Below, piece after piece: positions 16,050-24,778 of a stretch of DNA of 34,127 bases; the stretch's first letter is position 1; every line of letters begins with the position of its first letter. Position numbers and translations under genes: made by a program. Under the pieces are notes generated by a model. It was not told the DNA's origin. It made no database searches and saw only the letters and a list, made by a program, of their open reading frames with translations. Location: NCBI GenBank assembly GCA_036149055.1, contig JAYZQJ010000224.1, positions 1 to 34,127 on the forward strand, given 5' to 3'. The DNA is from Myxococcota bacterium. GTDB lineage: Bacteria > Myxococcota_A > Polyangia > Polyangiales > Sandaracinaceae.

Positions 16050-17843
16050 TCAGCCCGCGAGGAGCTCGTTCACGGCGATCGCGGGGACCGGCTTCGAGAA
16101 GTAGTAGCCCTGCACCTCGTCGCAGCCGAGCGCCGCGAGCGCGTCGAGCTGGGCCTCGGTCTCCACGCCCTCGGCGAGCACCTTGAGGCCGAGGCTGTGG
16201 CCGAGCCCACAGATGGCCTGGGTGAGCGCCGACGCGCTGGAGCGGGCGGACTCCCCCTCGGCGTCGAGGTCCTTCACGAACGAGCGATCGATCTTCAGCA
16301 CGTCGACCGGCAGCCGCTGGAGGTAGGAGAGGGACGAGTAGCCGGTGCCGAAGTCGTCGACCGAGACCCGCACGCCGAGGTGACGCAGCTCGCTGAGCTT
16401 CTCCGCCGCGGCGCCGACGTCGTCCATCAGCGACGTCTCGGTGACCTCGAGCTCGAGCGCCCCGGGGGGCAAGGTCGAGCTCTTGAGCACGCGCGCGACC
16501 GTGCCGACGAAGTCGGGGCGCGAGAACTGCTGGGCCGAGACGTTGACCGAGACCGAGGGCAGCTCGACCCCCGCGCCGTGCCAGCGTCGGAGCTGGCGAC
16601 AGGACTCGAGCATCACCCAGGTGCCGATCGGCACGATCAGCTCGCTCTCCTCGGCGACCGGCAGGAACACGCCCGGGCTGACGAGCTGATCGCCGCGCTT
16701 CCAGCGGATGAGCGCCTCCACGCCGCTCCACTTGCGGGTGCGGATGTCGATCTTGGGCTGGTAGTGGAGCAGCAGCTCGCCCGCGCCGAGGGCCCGGCGG
16801 AGGTGCCGCTCGAGATCGCCGCGCCGCTCGACCGCCTCGCGCAGCTCGTCGGTGAACAGCTCGATGCGCCCGCGCTGGCGCGCCGCCTTGGCCCGGTGGA
16901 GCGCGATGCCGGCGTAGCGGAGCAGCGCGCCGACCTCCTGCGCGTGCTCCGGGAAGCGGCTGACGCCCACGGTGGCGCTCACCGACAGCTCGTAGCCCTG
17001 CACGTGGAAGGGCTCGCGGATGGCGCTGAGCACCCGGTCGGTCAACGCGAGCGCCGAGCGCCCTCCGCCGACGTCGTTGAAGACCACCACGAACTCGTCG
17101 CCGGAGCCCCGGCCGACGAGGTCGCTCTCCCCGGTCGTCTCGAGGAGGCGCTCGGCCACCTGCCGGAGCAGCTCGTCGCCGACCGAGCGGCCGAGCCAGT
17201 CGTCGATGCGGTGGAAGCGGTCGAGGGCGAAGAGCGCCACCGCGAGACCGCGGCCCTTGCGCTGCGCCCGGTCGAGCGCCACCTGCATCGGCTCGAGCAG
17301 CATCAGTCGATCGGGGAGCCCGGTGACGGCGTCGTGGTTGCCCTCGCTGAGCGGCCAGGCCGCCAGCTCCTCGGTGAGCTGGGGGAGGGCGTCGATCGGC
17401 GAGGGATGGCGCGGGCGCCCGCGGGGCGGCGTCTCGCGCGGGGTCACGACCGCGTCGGCCAGCATCGTGACCACCGTGTCCAGGGCCTCGAGATCCAGGG
17501 TGGTGAAGTCGTCGCGCCGCGCCGTGTCGGCCATCACGAGCGCGCCCACCTGGGTGCCGTCCGCGAGGAGCGGGGCGCTGACGAGGGCCGCGACCCGGAG
17601 GTCGGGCGGGAAGAAGACGCTCTCCGGCGCGGCGGGCCCGCGACCGATGACCGGCACGGCGGCGGGGGCTTCGCGGGCGAGCCGCCACGAGGGGACCTCC
17701 GCCGGCATCGAGGCGAGCGCGGTGGGGTCGCCGTGAGAGGCGACCATCGTGGCGGTCTGACCCTGCATGCGATAGAGCACCGCGAGGGGACAGCGCGCCA
17801 GCGCAGCGGCGACCCGCAACCGCTTCGCGATCGCGTCGCTCAT
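16050..17843 (-). CDS. GAF-GGDEF(degenerate)-EAL protein, probable c-di-GMP phosphodiesterase
   Basis: SGDEF, YQP, EAL, ELEVTE, DDFGTGYSS, LKID, AEGVE. Start uncertain (17843 to 17876). Confidence 0.9.
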   Translation of the reverse strand: MSDAIAKRLRVAAALARCPLAVLYRMQGQTATMVASHGDPTALASMPAEVPSWRLAREAPAAVPVIGRGPAAPESVFFPPDLRVAALVSAPLLADGTQVGALVMADTARRDDFTTLDLEALDTVVTMLADAVVTPRETPPRGRPRHPSPIDALPQLTEELAAWPLSEGNHDAVTGLPDRLMLLEPMQVALDRAQRKGRGLAVALFALDRFHRIDDWLGRSVGDELLRQVAERLLETTGESDLVGRGSGDEFVVVFNDVGGGRSALALTDRVLSAIREPFHVQGYELSVSATVGVSRFPEHAQEVGALLRYAGIALHRAKAARQRGRIELFTDELREAVERRGDLERHLRRALGAGELLLHYQPKIDIRTRKWSGVEALIRWKRGDQLVSPGVFLPVAEESELIVPIGTWVMLESCRQLRRWHGAGVELPSVSVNVSAQQFSRPDFVGTVARVLKSSTLPPGALELEVTETSLMDDVGAAAEKLSELRHLGVRVSVDDFGTGYSSLSYLQRLPVDVLKIDRSFVKDLDAEGESARSSASALTQAICGLGHSLGLKVLAEGVETEAQLDALAALGCDEVQGYYFSKPVPAIAVNELLAG

Positions 17844-17941
17844 GGGATTCGGAGGCACCACTCCGTCCCCGAGCATAGACGCTGGGTGAGGCGTTTGTCA
17901 CCGCCAGATCGGAACATTCCGTTATTTGGGCAGGATTCCGC

Positions 17942-18631
17942 TCACCAACGGATCGAGAAGACCATGCGCTGGCCGTCGCCGTCGCGGCGCCGCTCCATCA
18001 GCTCCACGCGAGGGCTCGGCGCCTCGTGGGACTCGAGCGTCCCGTGCACGATCCCGGTGAAGATGTGCTCGTAGAAGTCGGTGGGCTCCACCCGGCAGCG
18101 CCAGATCAGCTCGGTCTCCGACCTCGCCTCGCAGGCGTGCGAGTTCCACGCGACCGAGATGTTGTAGGCGTCGGCGAGCCGCTCGAGCACCCGGCGGGGC
18201 TGGTTCCCCATCAGGAGGCTCATCGTCCGACCGATCGGGCTCGCGCGGAAGGTCGGGTAGAACGTCTCGGCGACGCGCCGCATCGCCTCCGACAGCTCGA
18301 CGCGCGGGTGCAGGATCGGCGACGCGAGGAAGAAGAGCTTGTAGAAGTCGCGGTGGGGGTGGAGCGTGAACGGCAGCACGCTCGAGGGGACCTCGGCCAG
18401 CTCCGTGATCCGCTGCGTCTCGGCGTGACCGGCCACGCTGGCGACGGCGTTCACCAGGCCGACGAAGAACATGCCGCGGACCTCGCACTCGAGCGGGAAC
18501 TCGAAGAGGGTCTGCGCCACCGCCTCCCGCTCGCGCGGGCTCGCCTGGACCCGGGCCGCGAAGCTCGCCGCCTCACCCATGGTGATCGGCTTTCGGCCCC
18601 AGGTCCCCGCTTCGCCTTCCGAGAGCCCCAT
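17942..18631 (-). CDS. DUF2378 / TIGR02265-like myxobacterial protein
   Basis: VRGMFF, F..SPIGR and GIVHGTL motifs recalled for this family; alternative start at 18580. Confidence 0.65.
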   Translation of the reverse strand: MGLSEGEAGTWGRKPITMGEAASFAARVQASPREREAVAQTLFEFPLECEVRGMFFVGLVNAVASVAGHAETQRITELAEVPSSVLPFTLHPHRDFYKLFFLASPILHPRVELSEAMRRVAETFYPTFRASPIGRTMSLLMGNQPRRVLERLADAYNISVAWNSHACEARSETELIWRCRVEPTDFYEHIFTGIVHGTLESHEAPSPRVELMERRRDGDGQRMVFSIRW

Positions 18632-18652
18632 CTCCCCGGGAGAGAGAATGCC

Positions 18653-20290
18653 TCAGGGCGCGGGACGAATCCAGTGTGGGCGGCCCGCGGCGTAGCGGCG
18701 CGCGTCCAGGCGACGGAGGGGCGCGAGGATCGCCGGCTCGTGCAGGGGCATCACCTCGGCGCGGGGCGCGCTCGACCCGGTCCGATCGAGGATGCCGTTC
18801 ACCGCGCGGCGCGCCGCCTCGTTCGCCGCCTCCATGGTCGCGAGGTCGGTGAACGTGCGCACGAAGTCGGACGCGAGGAAGAGGTTCTCGATCGCGGTGA
18901 TCGCCTCGGGCCGGTGGGCCCAGGAGCCCTTCGTGTTGATCAGCAGGGGCTCGAGGTTGCTGACCGTCGAGGGGTTCGGGAACTCGATCGCGGGGTCGAG
19001 GAACCAGGTCACGAGGTTCTGGTCCATGAGATCCATGACCGCGTCGTCGTTCACCGCGCGCTTCATCTGCTCCCAGACCTCCCGGTGGATCTCGTCGGCC
19101 GAGGAGAGCTCGCGCGCCGGTTTGCCGAATATCACCCCGGGCTGGTTCCAGTCCGAGATGTCGACGCTGAGGATGCCGCGCACGTTGCCTTCCCCATAGC
19201 CGCTGAGCCGCGCCTCCCAGAACTGCGCCTGCGAGATGCTCGTGAGCGCCCACGGGCTGTCGATGAAGATCGTGTGCCCCCTCGCGAGCGGCACGTCGTC
19301 TTTCAGGTAGTACTGGATGCCGTTCATCCACTCCGTCTCGAGCAGGTGCAGCTCCCCGAGGCGCGGATCGAGCGCGATCATGTCCGGCGTCAGGAGCGGG
19401 ACGAGCCGCTCGACCGGGATGGCGCACACGTAGTGGTCGGCCACCACGCTCTGGGCGACGCCGCCGATCTCCACGTCCACCGACGCGACGCGGCCCCCCG
19501 CGAGGTGGAAGCCGGTGAGCGTCGCCTCGGTGTGCACCGTGACGCCCTGGCCCTCGAGGTGGGTGCGCCAGGGATCGATCCAGACCTCGTTCGTCGGGCC
19601 GTCGAGCACCCGATCGAGCGTCACGTTCGGGTCGCCGAGGTCCTGCAGCAGCTGGACGAGGATCACGCCGATGGTGCGCGCGCTCCCCTTCTCGGCCTTC
19701 ATCGCCACCAGCGAGCGGGTGAGGCCGGTGGCGAGGTAGCGGCGGTAGGCGAGCGTCATGTCCGACGCCCGCACGAAGTCCCACCAGCTCACGTTCTCGA
19801 GCTCGCCGAAGCGGCGCTCCTCGCTCGAGGTCATCACGTAGAGCACGCGGCCGGCGAAGAAGAGCCACTCGCTCAGGGGGATGCCGAGGTCCGAGCCGAA
19901 GAGCGTCTTCAGCGCCTTCACCAGCCCGGCCAGCGAGGTGGGCAGGCCCGCGAGGTAGGCGGGGTCGCTCTTGCCCTCCCGCGCGACGAGCACCTCGTGG
20001 GTGGGCACGAGGTTGTCGAAGACGGTCCCGCCCGGCACCCCCGGCAGGGGGATCCGCTTCATCGTGTCGTTGATGTGCTTGTAGAAGCCGGGGAAGAAGC
20101 GGAAGCCGTGCTCGCCGGGGAGCGGGCGGTTGCCGGGCGCCGGGGCTCCCGGCACGTCCAGGCTGCGCGCCTTGCCCCCCGCGCGCGGGCGCTTCTCGTA
20201 GACGGTGACGGCGAAGCCGCGCTCGATGAGCTCGTGCGCGGCGCTCAACCCTGCGACGCCTCCCCCCAGGACCGCAACGTGGTCTGCCAT
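18653..20290 (-). CDS. FAD-dependent oxidoreductase (carotenoid/hydroxysqualene desaturase, amine oxidase superfamily)
   Basis: VLGGGVAGL...E...GGKARS, EHGFRFFPGFY, NLFLASD, TMEAANEA. Confidence 0.85.
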   Translation of the reverse strand: MADHVAVLGGGVAGLSAAHELIERGFAVTVYEKRPRAGGKARSLDVPGAPAPGNRPLPGEHGFRFFPGFYKHINDTMKRIPLPGVPGGTVFDNLVPTHEVLVAREGKSDPAYLAGLPTSLAGLVKALKTLFGSDLGIPLSEWLFFAGRVLYVMTSSEERRFGELENVSWWDFVRASDMTLAYRRYLATGLTRSLVAMKAEKGSARTIGVILVQLLQDLGDPNVTLDRVLDGPTNEVWIDPWRTHLEGQGVTVHTEATLTGFHLAGGRVASVDVEIGGVAQSVVADHYVCAIPVERLVPLLTPDMIALDPRLGELHLLETEWMNGIQYYLKDDVPLARGHTIFIDSPWALTSISQAQFWEARLSGYGEGNVRGILSVDISDWNQPGVIFGKPARELSSADEIHREVWEQMKRAVNDDAVMDLMDQNLVTWFLDPAIEFPNPSTVSNLEPLLINTKGSWAHRPEAITAIENLFLASDFVRTFTDLATMEAANEAARRAVNGILDRTGSSAPRAEVMPLHEPAILAPLRRLDARRYAAGRPHWIRPAP

Positions 20291-20390
20291 GACGCGCGCG
20301 AGCTTATCAGAGCTCGCGCGATCCGTGCGCCCGACCTGGGCTCGCGCATCCGATGCGTCCGCCCGCGAGGCGACGGCTCCGGCATCACGT

Positions 20391-20407
20391 CTGGCACGAG
20401 CGGTGCT
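20391..20407 (+). promoter_or_regulatory. Sigma54 promoter
   Basis: CTGGCACG-AGCG-GTGCT, with GG (20393-4) and GC (20405-6) 10 nt apart, upstream of GGAGG and ATG 20431. Confidence 0.75.
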
Positions 20408-20430
20408 CTTCCCTCCCGAGCGGAGGACCC

Positions 20431-21351
20431 ATGCAGGACGACGCCACGCAGCCGAAGCCGTGGGAGCGAGCGCTCGCCACGCTGGATCAGAAGGGCGGGT
20501 ACTTCTACGAGGAGGAGCCGACCTGGATGTGGCAGGCGCTGCGCTCCACCACGATCCCGCCGCCCCCTCCGGAGCGCGTCGACCTCGATCGCGTGGTGAA
20601 GTCGATCACCGAGAGGCCGCCCGAGCCGCTCTGCGAGCCGCTGCCGCCGCGTCGCGCGAAGGTCGACCGCCGCGCGTTCGAGGTGTCGATGGCCATCAAC
20701 GTGGCGCTCGGGCTCGCGGTCGTCGCCTGCCTCGGCTTCGTGCTGCTCCGGCCCGAGCGGGTGGTGCACACGCCGATCATGGTCGAGGCGATCGCGCCGG
20801 GGCCGTCGGTCGAGTGGCCCGACCCGGACGAGCTCCCCGAGGGCGTGGACCCGCCGATCGCGGCCGGGGCGCTGGCGCCGCTCGGCACCGCGCTGCCGTC
20901 CTCGGTCGAGCCGGTCGAGGAGCCGACCCCGCAGCTGATCGTGATGCCTCCGGTGCGCATCCAGGTGCCGGCGACCCGGCTCGCCGCCAATCCGGCCACG
21001 AGCCAGCCCCCGGATCAGGCCGCGAGCGAGGCCGCGCCCGCCGCGCAGGCGGTGACGCCGACGCCCGCGCCGCGCGCGCCCGGGCTGCCCGAGCGCCCGA
21101 GCCGGGCGGACGTGGCGGTGGCCATGGATCGCGTCGCGCCCGGCATCCGCGCCTGCGCCGAGGGGCTGGGAGGTGAGCGCGTGCACCTCTTCTTCCACTT
21201 CCGGAGCAACGGGACGGTGCGCTCGGCCCTCGTCGAGGGGACCCGGGCGGCGCCCGACCAGCGCTCCTGCATGGCCCGCGCGGCTCGGGAGGCCAGCGTG
21301 CCCCCGTTCGCCCAGGACTCCCTGAGCGTCCGCTACCCGTTCACCCTCTGA
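20431..21351 (+). CDS. Single-pass membrane protein with Pro-rich linker and TonB-C/AgmX-like C-terminal domain
   Basis: GGAGG RBS; TM helix; C-terminal IRAC...G.V...C.AR...PPF...V.YPF. Confidence 0.65.
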   Translation: MQDDATQPKPWERALATLDQKGGYFYEEEPTWMWQALRSTTIPPPPPERVDLDRVVKSITERPPEPLCEPLPPRRAKVDRRAFEVSMAINVALGLAVVACLGFVLLRPERVVHTPIMVEAIAPGPSVEWPDPDELPEGVDPPIAAGALAPLGTALPSSVEPVEEPTPQLIVMPPVRIQVPATRLAANPATSQPPDQAASEAAPAAQAVTPTPAPRAPGLPERPSRADVAVAMDRVAPGIRACAEGLGGERVHLFFHFRSNGTVRSALVEGTRAAPDQRSCMARAAREASVPPFAQDSLSVRYPFTL

Positions 21352-21366
21352 GGGCGCCCGCCGAGG

Positions 21367-22668
21367 TCAATCGGGCGGCGCCACGCAGACGGGGGTGTCC
21401 AGCAAGAAGTAGAGCGCGATGCGCTCCATGGGCATCAGCTCGGCGTGGGAGACCAGGTCGAGCTCCGGGGTGCTGAGGAGCGCGCGTCCGCAGCCCTCGG
21501 GGGCGATCGCGACCATCGCGGGGTGGCCGCCGTGCTCCTCGAGGAGGACGCGCGGGTAGCTCGGGTCGCGCGTGGGGTCGGAGGACGGGGCGGCGCCGAG
21601 GGCCACGATCCGGGTGAGCGGGCGCTCGATGGCGAGGTCGTCGGCGACGTAGCGCCAGGTGGGGCCGTAGCCGGGGCGGATGTCGAGGACCATGTCGGGC
21701 CCGTGGGTCGCGAGGCGGTGGCTCGGCCCGACCTGCTCCTCGAGCCACGCGGCGAGCGGGCGATGCGGGATGCGCGCGCGCGGCGAGGCGGAGACGCCTT
21801 GCAGCCAGTCCTCGCGCGCGTCGGTCGGGGCGGGGATGCGCGCGGCGTCCCAGCGGCCGTTCGCCGGGTCGTACACGTCGCTCTCCACGTCGTGACCCGC
21901 GGCGAGCACGACCGACGAGGGGTAGAGCGCGTCGACGAACCGGAACGCGCGCCCGGTCGCCACCAGCACCCCGCCGGCCGCGACCCAGTCCCGGAGGTTG
22001 GCGAGGAGCGCGGGGTCGCGGGTCAGGGCGTCGTGCTCGGCTCCCGCGGCGACCAGGACGTGGTGGGCGGCGAGCCGCGCGGGGCTGCGGAGCAACTCGG
22101 CCGCGTCGACCCGCTTCACCTCCTCGAGGCCCATCTGCCGGTCGAGCCAGTCGACGCGATCGTCGCCCACCAGCGCGGCGATCCGCGGCGCCCAGCGCCC
22201 TTCGGCCGGGGCGCGCGCCGAGGGCAGGGTCGTGGCGTCCTGCTCGAGCAGGGTGAGCTGGCCCCCGCGCACCTCGACCCGCGAGTCGATTCGGAAGGGG
22301 CCGGCCTCGACTGCGAGCCAGTAGCTGCCGGGCGCGACGTCCTCGAGCACGAAGGCGCCCACCTCGTCGCTGAGCGCCGCGTACTCCCCGCTCGTCGGGA
22401 GGCAGGCGCGGCAGCTCACGCCGCTCGGCGGAGGCTCGGGGCGCCGCTCCAGCAGCCGGACGAGGGCCCCCGAGACGGGGATCTCGCGGCCGCGCGGCAC
22501 GTCACCCGGCGCGTTCCCCGGCGCCCACACGACCCCGAGCACCGACGCGTGGGGCTCTCCCTCGGCGGGGATCGGATCGGTGAGCCGCTCACCGGTGCCC
22601 GCGCTGCAGGCCGAGAGGGCCAGCGCGGCGGTGAGTGCCGGGATGTGTGCGTCCAACCTTCTCCCCAT
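21367..22668 (-). CDS. Putative lipoprotein with carboxypeptidase-regulatory-like beta domain
   Basis: ALALSAC lipobox; GVVWAP...PVSGALV...GAFVL..V.PG.Y. Start uncertain. Confidence 0.6.
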   Translation of the reverse strand: MGRRLDAHIPALTAALALSACSAGTGERLTDPIPAEGEPHASVLGVVWAPGNAPGDVPRGREIPVSGALVRLLERRPEPPPSGVSCRACLPTSGEYAALSDEVGAFVLEDVAPGSYWLAVEAGPFRIDSRVEVRGGQLTLLEQDATTLPSARAPAEGRWAPRIAALVGDDRVDWLDRQMGLEEVKRVDAAELLRSPARLAAHHVLVAAGAEHDALTRDPALLANLRDWVAAGGVLVATGRAFRFVDALYPSSVVLAAGHDVESDVYDPANGRWDAARIPAPTDAREDWLQGVSASPRARIPHRPLAAWLEEQVGPSHRLATHGPDMVLDIRPGYGPTWRYVADDLAIERPLTRIVALGAAPSSDPTRDPSYPRVLLEEHGGHPAMVAIAPEGCGRALLSTPELDLVSHAELMPMERIALYFLLDTPVCVAPPD

Positions 22669-22774
22669 CTGGGCTGGGTCGTGCGGGAGCCAGCCGATTT
22701 CCAAGGTACACCACTCGCCGCGCAATTTCCTTCGCGTGGCGTGGAGGTGCCTTCCACCCTAGATTGACCTCGCG

Positions 22775-24778
22775 GTGCGTGGGTCTCTCTCCAGGGAGTC
22801 CCTCGTCTGGCGCGCGGGTGGCGCCATGGCGGGGGCGATCGTGGTGTTCTTCGCCGTCTGGTGCTGGCAGCTGCTCCGGGACGTCGAGCGCATGCGCGCT
22901 GAGCTCGGGGCCCGCGTCGGCGCGCTCATCGCGCTCCAGGGCGCCCAGGCGGAGGTGGAGGGGGTCGACCCCGCCGGAGGGGACGGCTACGCGGCGCTCG
23001 AGCGGAGCCTGGAGGGGCTCTCCCGGGTGGCGCCGAGCCCGGCCGCGGAGCGAGCGGCCCGCGAGGGGATCGCCGCGGCGCGCGCCGGCGACGGGGACGG
23101 GGCGCTCCGCCGCTTCGACGCCGCGATCGGGGCGCTCCGCGGGGCCAACGCCGCCACCAGCCGCGCGCTCGGCGAGCGCTGGGACTCCCTCGAGATCCTG
23201 GTGGCCGCGTCGCTCGGGACCGCGGTGGCGGCGCTGCTCCTGCTCTGGCTGACCCGCCGCCTCCTCGTCCGGCTCGGGCGCGCCGAGGCGCAGCTCCGGG
23301 CCCGCCTCGAGCGCTCGGAGGGCGACTTCCGCCGCATGATCGAGGCGAGCCCGGACGGCGTGATGCTCGTGGCCGAGCGCCGGGTCGCCTACGCCAACCC
23401 GGCGATGGAGGGCATCCTCGGCTACGCGCCGGACGCGCTCGAGGAGCGCGACGTCGGCGAGCTGCTGGTGGAGGACGAGGTGCTCGAGGAGGGCGAGCGC
23501 CGCTTCCGCCGGGACACCGGGGACGTGCGCCAGCTCGAGCTGACGCGGGCGGCGTTGACCGAGCTCCGGGGCGAGCCGGTGGAGCTGTGGGTCGCGCGGG
23601 ACATCAGCGAGCGGCGCATGCTGGAGGCGCAGCTGCGGCTCGCCGATCGCCTCGCCGCGGTGGGGTCGGTCGTCGCCGGGGTCGCGCACGAGATCAACAA
23701 CCCGCTGACCTACGTGCTGAGCGGCGCCGACGGACTGGTGCAGGCGCTCGACAGCCGCGGTGAGGGCGACCCGGAGCTGCGCGCGCTCGCCGGCGACATC
23801 CAGGAGGGCGCCGTCCGGGTGCGCGACGTGGTCCGCGGGCTCAAGACGATGTCGCACCCCAGCGACGACGACCTCGGGCCGGTCTCGCTCCCGCGCGTCA
23901 TCGAGTCTTCGCTCGCCATCGCGCGGAGCGACCTCGCGCAGCGCGCCGAGGTGACGGTCGACGTGCCGGAGGACCTCCCGGCGGTCGTCGCCAACCCGGC
24001 TCGGCTCGGCCAGGTCTTCCTCAACGTGCTGGTCAACGCGGCCCAGGCGCTCGAGGAGGACGACCGCCGCGGTCGGGTGGAGGTGCGGGCGGAGGCGCGG
24101 GGCGACGCGGTGGAGATCCGGGTGCGCGACGACGGCCCCGGCATGCCCGAGGCGGTGCGGGCGCGGGTCTTCGAGCCCTTCTTCACCACCAAGCCGCTCG
24201 GGCGGGGCACCGGGCTCGGCCTGAGCATCTCGCGTCGCATCGTCGAGGGCCTCGGCGGGCGCCTCGAGATCGAGAGCGCGCCGGGGGAGGGCACCACCGT
24301 GACGGTCCGGCTCGCCGCGAGCCGGGATCCGGCGTCGCTCCGCCCCCTCGCGCCGGCCGAGGCGCGGCCGCGCTCCGCCCGGGTGCTCGTGATCGACGAC
24401 GACGTGAAGGTCGCCTCCTCGCTGCGCCGCATGCTCCGGGCGCACGACTGCACGGTGACGCACGGCGGGGAGGAGGCGCTCGAGGCGCTCCGCCAGCGTG
24501 AGTTCGACGTGGTCTTCTGCGACCTGATGATGCCCGGCACGACGGGCATGGACGTCTACGAGGCGCTCCGGGACGAGGGCCGGGGCCGCGAGGCGCGGCT
24601 CGTCTTCGTGACCGGCGGCGCGTTCACCGCCCGGGCCCGCCGGTTCGTCGCCGAGGTGGACAACCTCGTCATCGAGAAGCCGTTCACCGCCGAGGCGGTG
24701 CGCCGCGCGGTCTCAGCGGTCGAGGAGGCGCGCGAGGCCGACCACCGGCGCGAGCAGCCCGCGAGCGGCGGCGCGTAG
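22775..24778 (+). CDS. Hybrid sensor histidine kinase (TM-PAS-HisKA-HATPase-REC)
   Basis: AHEINNPL, NVLVNA, DDGPG, FFTTK, GTGLGL; receiver IDDD, CDLMMP, EKPF. Confidence 0.95.
   Translation: MRGSLSRESLVWRAGGAMAGAIVVFFAVWCWQLLRDVERMRAELGARVGALIALQGAQAEVEGVDPAGGDGYAALERSLEGLSRVAPSPAAERAAREGIAAARAGDGDGALRRFDAAIGALRGANAATSRALGERWDSLEILVAASLGTAVAALLLLWLTRRLLVRLGRAEAQLRARLERSEGDFRRMIEASPDGVMLVAERRVAYANPAMEGILGYAPDALEERDVGELLVEDEVLEEGERRFRRDTGDVRQLELTRAALTELRGEPVELWVARDISERRMLEAQLRLADRLAAVGSVVAGVAHEINNPLTYVLSGADGLVQALDSRGEGDPELRALAGDIQEGAVRVRDVVRGLKTMSHPSDDDLGPVSLPRVIESSLAIARSDLAQRAEVTVDVPEDLPAVVANPARLGQVFLNVLVNAAQALEEDDRRGRVEVRAEARGDAVEIRVRDDGPGMPEAVRARVFEPFFTTKPLGRGTGLGLSISRRIVEGLGGRLEIESAPGEGTTVTVRLAASRDPASLRPLAPAEARPRSARVLVIDDDVKVASSLRRMLRAHDCTVTHGGEEALEALRQREFDVVFCDLMMPGTTGMDVYEALRDEGRGREARLVFVTGGAFTARARRFVAEVDNLVIEKPFTAEAVRRAVSAVEEAREADHRREQPASGGA

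Noticed and set aside
18026..20599. 857-aa plus-strand ORF and similar long antisense ORFs (e.g. 16197-18074, 22589-24463, 30449-32137)
   Set aside because: They mirror well-supported genes on the other strand, lack motifs, and are expected where stop codons are rare.
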